Shown here: positions 56,001 to 64,000 of the stretch, one piece after another
Numbering within the stretch: the stretch's first letter is position 1
Layout: every line of letters starts with the position of its first letter
NCBI GenBank assembly: GCA_002633005.1
Contig: NMRA01000082.1
Span: 224,576 to 288,575 of the forward strand
Source: Phoronis australis
Lineage: Eukaryota > Animalia > Phoronida
Reading direction: 5' to 3'
DNA: 64,000 bases
Translations under genes and position numbers: made by a program
The notes under the pieces: generated by a model
Database searches by the model: none
Told to the model about the DNA's origin: nothing
What the model saw: only the letters and a program-made list of their open reading frames with translations

Positions 56001-59000
56001 AAAGCATATGATGAAATGTGACGGGACTTCACGAAGATTGACCTTTGACTGCTAAGATCACCATCCTAATGGCCATAAGTATATAGGGGTGACCAAAAAA
56101 ATAAAAGAATAACATATGTTGGCTCCGCACCTTTGTGAGTGAAGATATTATGGCACACTAACACACGCAGTTATAGTGTTAGGTAGACCAGTATCTACAA
56201 GTTGACTTGTCACAGTATGTCATTATTTTCACCTTGTCTCATCTCAAGCAATAACACACTGTCAGTTCATTCGAAGCCCGCACATCAAATCTATCTTGAC
56301 CAAGGAACAAGTTGAGAACAAATTTTTAGCGGTAAATAGAACTTTGTTTCTTCGACGGAATGCAAGTTTGTAGCTGCTTATATCAATGCTGTACAAAACA
56401 GCGCCTGGCGAAAAGCACGTACTTCTGGCTGTAATAAATGATTCACTGCCTCTGCAAGATTTCATTCCTCCCAATTTTTCATAGATGACGAATTCTACAC
56501 AACGATGTTTGATCACCGCCAGGACTGGGAGAGAGAGGTGGAGCGTTGTGGTGGCGATCAACACTGGAGGTTGATGGACGCCAATAGACTGTATGATCTC
56601 AGTTTCAAGTGAGTGAGCCATGTAGTAGCCATGCTGCCGTTGTTCAATATTTGACAGGATTAAGGCCTACCTTGGCCTTGGGAAATAGAGAATCATGTAT
56701 TTGACACGATTAAGGCCTACCTTGGCCTTGGGAAATAGAGAATCATGTATTTGACAAGATTAAGGCCTACCTTGGCCTTGGGAAGTAGAGAATCATGTAT
56801 TTGACAGGATAAAGGCCGACCTTGGCCTTGGGAAATAGAGAGTCATGTATTTGACAGGATTAAGGCCTACCTTGGTCTTGAGAAATACAGAATCATGTAC
56901 TGAGAGACGACTTTAATTGATGGCAAACATTCCGACCTGGTCTGATAAGCCTTAGCAGGATTAGTTCCCGCCATAGATAGCTGTACAGTGGAGTTACCTT
57001 CACACCACTTTCTTGTATCTTATAAGAAACGTCTGTCACCAATTCAATTGGTTTGTCAGTAAATGATTCTTCATTTTCTCTATGTCATCGAGAGACAATG
57101 AAAAATAGATTCTCTAGAGTTCTTTGGTCTTTTCACCTACTCTTCTTTTGAAATCGCTTTGAAGGTTATGTAGGCTCTGCTTGATGAGTCTGTATTTAGC
57201 TAAATATCTTGAAGACAAGATTTTTTAACTCAGTAAAAGTATCTATAATTTTTGGCACTTTTTGGAAAAAAAAATGTAAATTTTCATAATTCATTCTATC
57301 AGCATCAAAAGATTTTTTTGAATTATTTCCTAATACCTCTTAACCCAACCCAGAGTTGTAAAAAACTAAGACTTCCAAATTTTTCTCGAAATATAAAGTC
57401 TGTATTTTTGAAAGGTAAATTTACATAGGGCTGTTCCAGCAAAATCTGTATGGGAGGGGGGGGAAGGCACTTTTATTTCATACCCACCGCCCGTATTTTT
57501 CATTTATTTCTCCAACCCATGACCCATAATTTTTTAATTATTTTTAATAGGTTAAAATATAAAATCCAACACTTGCAAACAAATTGCCTCCAGGAGGACC
57601 TGTTAAGAACTTAGATGACTGACAGACAAGAACTAGTTGTCTTGTCCAATATTGTCAAAAACTAAAGTAGCCTGTGAGCAATACTTTTGGCAGCCACCAG
57701 GTGTCTCTGTTCACCATGTGTCTATAATTTCAATGAACATTTTTTCATTTATAAGGATCTATGAATCTCAAACTGTCTCCACGAACTCTTCTATACTTCT
57801 ATGTCAAGTGAATATTGGAACTTGTTTATCTTACTCCTCATACTTTTTATTTAAAAATCATCAATTTTCTTATATGTGTTAACACCAGTTCAGTGTTGCA
57901 TAACTTTTCAATTCAATAGGACTGCAGACAAACAGTTGGCTCAAATCGAGTTGCCCATGACTTGATTAATGGCTTTGTGAACATATTGCACTCTGTTCAC
58001 TGGCAATATGGGCTTTTTTGTATTTGGATAAGTTAGGACAATTGCATTTATTTTTGAGTTTTTACGACTGAAGTAACCAACCTATCAACATTAACAGGTC
58101 AAAAAATACCACCTAATTTTAATGCATCACTTCTTACAGGAACGACCACCCATAATTTGAGTTTTTTTCTGAAGACCACCACCCATGAATTTTTATTTCT
58201 ACTGCCGTCCCCCCCCTCCCACACGGATTTTACTGGAACAGCCCATAGAAAGACATTGTTTTCAGAAAATAAATTGTAACACGAGTATTAGGGATTGTAC
58301 ACTATTTTATTCCCATGCATATGATATGCAGGACTATTTGCATTAAAATGTCATACTCCATATGTTTGATACATGAGGCCAAAGGCAAAAAGTATTAGTT
58401 AATTCTGACCGGTAACTGAGTCATTTTGAAACCTGCACTCACTGACTGATGAGATCAGGACCAACTTTGCTTTTTTGGCCTAACTTATAAACACTCGGGC
58501 CTTCCACAAAATGATGTCAGGCGGTGATTTGTTGTGATTTAAGTCGTGAAATCTTAAAGTCAGCTGCCTGTTAAGAAGCTTTGTGTATTCTTACACTTTA
58601 TGCTCATTGTACATATTATTAAGTCTCTTTATATTTCTGTAGGTCATTTGGACGTGACAACTTCCCTGAAATGAAAAATTCATAGTAAATTGCATGGCTA
58701 TGCTTCTTGGATCTTCTGTTTTTTATGTGCCCACAAAAAACTGTGGCCGCACGGAGTCAGCATTCCGTCTGTCTGTTCATCCCTCCGCCGTGACCTTCAC
58801 AGATCATCCCCAATTGTGGTGGCATTAGTCAATTTTTGGACAGATTTGATGACCGTGGCACCCTCTGTTGACTACTATATTTTTCCACAAGAAACTCACT
58901 GTCTGTCAATTTTCGGTGAATCTGAGACGTCTTATGAAACTTATACGTAAACTCCGCTAAAAGCACAGTGTTTGTGGTACTGTCATGGGCACATTTTAAT

Positions 59001-62000
59001 GCTTTGCGTTGCTTTTGTTTGATAATAAATGAATTGCACAATAATTCAGTGCAAAATCTGGACTCTCATGAATGTAATTCTTGGTTGGAATATTGTAGGT
59101 TACTTGTTCTATGCAGCTTCCTATACAAATTTCCTCATAATCATGACATGCTCACTGGGACTAGATTGTCCTTGCATGGATCATCAAGTCAGTCTTAGGC
59201 TATCTTTCAACAGGTTGAATGAATTGTTTTTCTTGTTATCTTGGTTAGTAAACACTTGATTTCTGCTGATCTGAGTAAAAATATTGTTGGGAATTACTGT
59301 TATTCCCCCCCCCCTGTAAATGGACTGGTGGTGTAATTCTATTAAAATTTTCTGAAATTTCGCTCACTCTCGGCACATTGTCATCTTGTTCTACTAATAT
59401 TCAGATTCTGTTATTGTACCAATTGACCTATCGCCAGGATTTTGAGTGATGGCTTAAGTGACCTAATCAGAACGCATCATTCTTGACACACCTTCGTTAC
59501 CAAGCCATCATTTTACCTGACAAACAGCACGTTGCCGGATAAAACTTAGTGTTTGTTTGTCGACATTCCGCAAGGGGACGGAGCTTGCGATAGATCAATG
59601 CAAAGGCAAAATGCGTGATTGATTTCACTATAAATGGATTTCTTTCGATGCCTTAAGTCGGCTCATTTACCAGGTTTATGGGGTCCGTTTTGGTCCCGTA
59701 TTTCTCTTATGAATACTGTTGCATGCCATTGCTGATTCAGCGCTTTACGCTAAATTCTCCAGGCGTTGCTATGGGATACGTGTATCGCAAATATATCTCA
59801 TTATACCTCCAAAGGATTTGTAAAGCTTACACATGTATTGAAGTGTTTTTATAAGAGATAACTCAAGAAAAGCATCTTTAATGGATAGAATGGTGCAATA
59901 GGTTTTCAAAGTTGTTTGCAGTTAGTTGATATACCGTATATGCGTGCATTTAAGCCCGTGTGTTTATACGTGAAGCTGTGCCTGTGTCTGGAATCAGGTA
60001 CTGGGTCCTTTGTGTGAGGCACTTTTAAGGGCAAATCCAAGGAGCAATTTTTTAAATTGACTAAGTGAAGTTTAGGTGGTGGACATTGTTGACATGTTTT
60101 CAATCAAAGTTCTGTTTTTTTTAAATGAAAAATACCAGGTATGGTTTATTGAAAGGACACTGGGTAAAGGCATCTTGGGCTTAAATATGCGCATATTGGG
60201 CCTAAATGCATACATATTCAGCAAGTTACTCCCATTTCAAATTAGCGCTGGGGGCGCGCATTTTGAACCTTGCCGTAATACTTCCCAGATTCAATCTCCG
60301 AAAGTGCTCAAAATACAGTCATGAAAATTCCTGTTAAAAGTGTCGTCATTCCACTGTGATTGCAAATCATGCTCCATTTTGATAAAAATATCTAACAACA
60401 CATCTGGAATCATTGAAGTTTTCACCTTTGGTTTTGTTTCAGCCTACCCAAATATTTCGTTGTACCAAAATCTATGATGAACGATGAACTGTCAAAGGCG
60501 AGAGGTGTGTTTGTGGAAAACAGGGTCCCTGTAAGTATGTGGTGCCCTTGCAGTCAGTTACAATCATTTTTATCAAATAATCAACTCAGATTCATAACAA
60601 TGACATATTTAAGGCATCCCTTTACTAGTTCTTCCAGCACACTGCAGATAAATAACCCTGTGAAGTCTTTTCACTCACCTTGCTGCAAATGTCTAAGTCA
60701 CTGTGCAGACAAGTTTCCAGACCCTAAGTTTTGGCAATTCATCTTCACTCAGACATGATTTGGCGTCTTGGGTAAACATTATACGTAGTGTGGACATTTC
60801 TGTGTACACTGCGATTTTGCAAAAATACTCCAGAACAGCGCTGTCCTTTCTGAGCGTGGTCATTTTCTTAATCTTTGCTCATTTCCTCCATAGACCTGGT
60901 GCCATACGCATGCTCCCTCTGGTGCCTCTTTGGTGAGGCTAGCTGCCCTAGAATCAAATGTTGCTAGTGAGATCAAGCAGCGTGAAGCAGAGTAAGTTAA
61001 TGTAAAATACAATATGTGTCGAAAGTATTTAGACAAAATGACGCGGAATTCCCCGTCATGACAACTGGGCAGAAGCCAATGTCATAATCTGAGTAGTCTC
61101 CTCTGATGGCTGTGAATGAATCAGAATAAATAGGACAGTTAGTGATAATGGTGGCTCAGTCATTCTGGAATAAGAGTTTTGCCGCCGCAATAGTCATTTT
61201 TTCTGTTTAGGGGATTATCATGACGAGCTAACGTTATTTTGTCTGATTACTTCTGTCTCATACTGTAACTTGTGCAAGTTAAACTGTACCTGAAAATAGC
61301 TGCGGACTTACTATTTTGCATCTTCATTTTCCAAGTCAACAAAATTGCAAGCCGCTGAGACAATCTAAAAAAATGTAAAGGGAAAGTTTTGCAGACCTTT
61401 GACTGAGTCTTTCACAAGGAAACACAGTCAAGAGTGTTATGGAACAAACATGGTAAAATTTTGTCATTTTCAACAAAGATTGTTCTTTTTCTCATTTTCC
61501 AAAGGCGTCTTACGTTGTTGTGAATGTCCATGATCTGTCATCACATTGTCTGGTGGGTGCTATAGTATAAAAGTATAAATTGGTCCTACTTTTGACTAAA
61601 AAGATGTAACAATAAAATTTCATTTGAATGGAACTTAGACACGATAAAACAATTATTGTTCAATACTCATTATCTTTTAGTAAAAAATGAGACCAAAAAA
61701 CCTAATCTCACTTTTCCATGTTTTGTCCTAAGTTAATGGGATTTTAGCCTGAGCAATTTTGATGAAAATATTTAAATGGTGTTGCGTACACATTGCTTGG
61801 AGAAGTGGAATCACTGTGTACTATAGTACTAGTTATAAATTTTGCCACCAATAAATCATGCAGTGTCGATATGCATTGATTCTTTTGCCTCTTTTCAGGA
61901 TTTTGAAACACATCCAACGCGCACACCCAAGCCCTGAAGCTGAACATGTCTGCGAGGTTGACCTGTCGCAAGAGTGCCCACTTCCCAAAGACCTGCAGGT

Positions 62001-62737
62001 CAACTTTGAAAAATTAAAAGATCTTTGCATGCCTGGTGAGTGCACCATGACACTTTGACATAATGTATTTTTGGGGTATTTTTACTATTTCTTCTTCAGC
62101 ACTTGATTGTGCATAACAGTGTCATCTGTCACCATTGTACTTTAATGGTGATGATGGCGATTAGGCCGACATTGAAATAGTTTTGTTTCCTTTTGCCCTA
62201 CCGTGCTTCTCCAAGGTGGATTAATGATCGGTTAAATATTTAATGGGGCATTTTACCATTGTTGATTTTGAATTCTTAACAGACGCCCTTTGAGACATAA
62301 AAACATTACCACACCGGTATGAGCTTGCATTGTTGCCACATGAGGTAACTCAAACTCTTTTTATTAATAAAGAATTAGCCAATAATCTTATTCTTAGGAG
62401 ACTTGTGACAATGACTAGTTATTCATTAAAGTTTTCACTTTTTATTAGTCTTTGAAGTCTGAGGCAGATTGCAGTTTTTGTAGCTTGAGTTACTAGAAAT
62501 TCTTGAACACGAGGTGCTTGTGATAATTTGTCCGACAACTTTTTGTACTTGAAGGAACATTACAAAAATGCCAGTCCACGGATAGTGCATGGCTGTCGGC
62601 TCTCGAGGCCACTCATTGGCTGGACGGTATTAGCAGTTGCCTGACTACAGCCAATCGGATCGTACAAGACATGACACAGCTGAAGAAAACAGTTGTGCTT
62701 CGAGGTGGGAGAATGTTTGTGCATCTCTTTTAGTCAA

Positions 62738-62794
<57 letters not shown>

Positions 62795-63516
62795 GTGTGT
62801 GTGTACGAGTGTGTGTCCGTGTGTGCGCGTATGCGTGTGTGTGTGTGTGTGNNNNNNNNNNNNNNNNNNNNNNNNNNNNNNNNNNNNNNNNNNNNNNNNN
62901 NNNNNNNNNNNNNNNNNNNNNNNNNNNNNNNNNNNNNNNNNNNNTGTGTGGGTGTGTGTGTGTTCAGAACTTGGGACACACATATATTTCAATGCTGAGT
63001 TGTGCTTTGCGTACAGGTTTTGCACTTGTATGAAAAACTATTCAAATTTTGACGTACTAATAGCTAAAACTTGGAAGTTTTCCATTCTACTGTGTCTGCC
63101 TTTTCCACATATTTCTATCTTTGTGTGTTTAATTTATCAACCATGCTTTCTCTGAATAGTTTGAATTTGCGCATTTTTGAGCTTCTGAAAGCACACACAG
63201 CCTAACTTTAAGTCGAACAAAAACAGTTATTTCTTATTTAAATTTTGTATTGTTCAAAGCTGCTGTCATTTTGAATTTTGAATTTATTTGTGCTTCAGGA
63301 AGATAAGTCTTAGAAGGGTTTTATGACTTTATGCCTTTTGTTTCAGAGTCTGGAAGTTGTGACATGTCGTGCGTCGTGTCCTCGCTAGTCCAGATTTGCC
63401 TGGATCCTTTCTTCCGCAGTTTCTCTGGATTCCAAAGTCTGATCCAGAAGGAGTTTGTCTCCATGGGATTTCACTTCCAGGACAGATGCGGACACTTGTT
63501 GAATCGGGAGGAACAG
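50007..63516 (+). CDS. MTMR10: Myotubularin-related protein 10/11/12-like (catalytically inactive), 5' part; continues beyond the window
   Basis: Exons 50007-50057, 51182-51245, 52939-53078, 53889-53964, 54732-54811, 55298-55357, 55708-55801, 56485-56608, 60443-60530, 60894-60991, 61899-62035, 62555-62704, 63347-63516 have consistent phases. Motifs: FKSYV, LLPGELLI, GAVFVTNYKISF, YCKDFRIHRFSF, DWEREVER, LPKYFVVP, WLSALEATHWL, VVLRESGSCDMSCVVSSLVQICLDPFFRS. Confidence 0.88.
50970..51035. repeat. Hairpin repeat family, core-only copy
   Basis: GCGTTTTGAGAACCTGTTTTCTCCACTGAATAATGGGCGTCAAACTGGTTCTCAAAATGC. Confidence 0.8.
54367..54471. repeat. Hairpin repeat family copy
   Basis: CCACATTTTGAGAACCAGTTTGGGGCCTGTTATTCAGTGGAGAAAACTGGTTCTCAAAATGTGG. 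Confidence 0.85.
56649..56899. repeat. Minisatellite, 50-bp unit x5
   Basis: ATTTGACAGGATTAAGGCCTACCTTGGCCTTGGGAAATAGAGAATCATGT at an exact 50-bp period. Confidence 0.97.
57428..58244. mobile_element. 817-bp non-autonomous DNA transposon, PIF/Harbinger-like, in MTMR intron 8
   Basis: Imperfect ~40-bp TIRs: GGGCTGTTCCAGCAAAATCTGTATGGGAGGGGGGG vs the reverse complement of CCCCCCCTCCCACACGGATTTTACTGGAACAGCCC. 3-bp ATA on both flanks. Confidence 0.8.
62741..62962. repeat. (TG)n microsatellite interrupted by an assembly gap (N 62852-62943)
   Basis: Direct inspection. Confidence 0.97.
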
Positions 63517-64000
63517 GTGATTTATAAATTTAAAACAGTCGTTTGAGTTCCTGATGTTATATTCCTTATCATGGCTTATTTCTTTGGTGTATGTAATAAA
63601 TATTTTTTGACTGTTGTATATAAAAGCAATTTTTGCATACAGCACATCAATTATTTTGTTTCGGAAACATTTATTTGCTAAAATAGGCATTTTTTCCTAG
63701 TTTCAGAGCTTCACTACCATACAAACCATGTTGAAAACAAAAGCTAAATTTCTTGATGTTAATTTTGACAATATTATATTTCCTTTTCTGCAAAATTGTC
63801 TCAAAACACAATCTCTTACACTTTTGTTGCAACTCATTGAATCAGTTTGCAATTTGAAATATGGCTACTGCCTTTCTGAATATCAGACTTTGAAACTCAA
63901 TTCAGTTTGGTCTGCAATGTCTGTGATATTGCTTAATGGAAGCACTAAATGAAAGCGAACTTGCTTAATTTATAGAAAATTGAAAAAATCAAACTTACAT

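Noticed and set aside
56649-56899. Possible CRISPR or regulatory array
   Set aside because: Plain head-to-tail 50-bp tandem repeat with no unique spacers.
11089-58244. Autonomous transposon, retroelement or viral genes
   Set aside because: No transposase, reverse transcriptase, integrase or Rep/helicase-like ORF appears in any frame; the longest ORFs are host exons.
62637-63155. Cys/Val- and His/Thr-rich ORFs
   Set aside because: Translations of the (TG)n microsatellite and the N gap.
29243-63346. U12-type or non-canonical introns
   Set aside because: All reconstructed introns are GT-AG and none has a GTATCCT/ATATCCT donor.

Overview
Eukaryotic, AT-rich, intron-rich genomic DNA from a metazoan. 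A marine invertebrate is my inference from gene structure and repeat content. Six conserved housekeeping genes were reconstructed by hand from GT-AG exons with consistent phases, alternating strictly in strand: AK6 (-, 3' end off the left edge), PARP16 (+), ARMC6 (-), VPS45 (+), ZCCHC9 (-) and an MTMR10/11/12-type pseudophosphatase (+, 3' end off the right edge). They form three head-to-head pairs. The last three ARMC6 exons appear twice in tandem, joined at a single N, most likely an uncollapsed haplotype. Non-coding DNA holds about 12 copies of a ~70-130 bp hairpin repeat, several MITE-like elements with TIRs/TSDs, paired tRNA-like boxes, minisatellites, and a near-perfect 53-bp-arm palindrome beside the ZCCHC9/MTMR promoter. 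There are no prokaryotic systems, CRISPR arrays or transposase ORFs. I see no well-supported novel protein system; the most unusual signals are non-coding.
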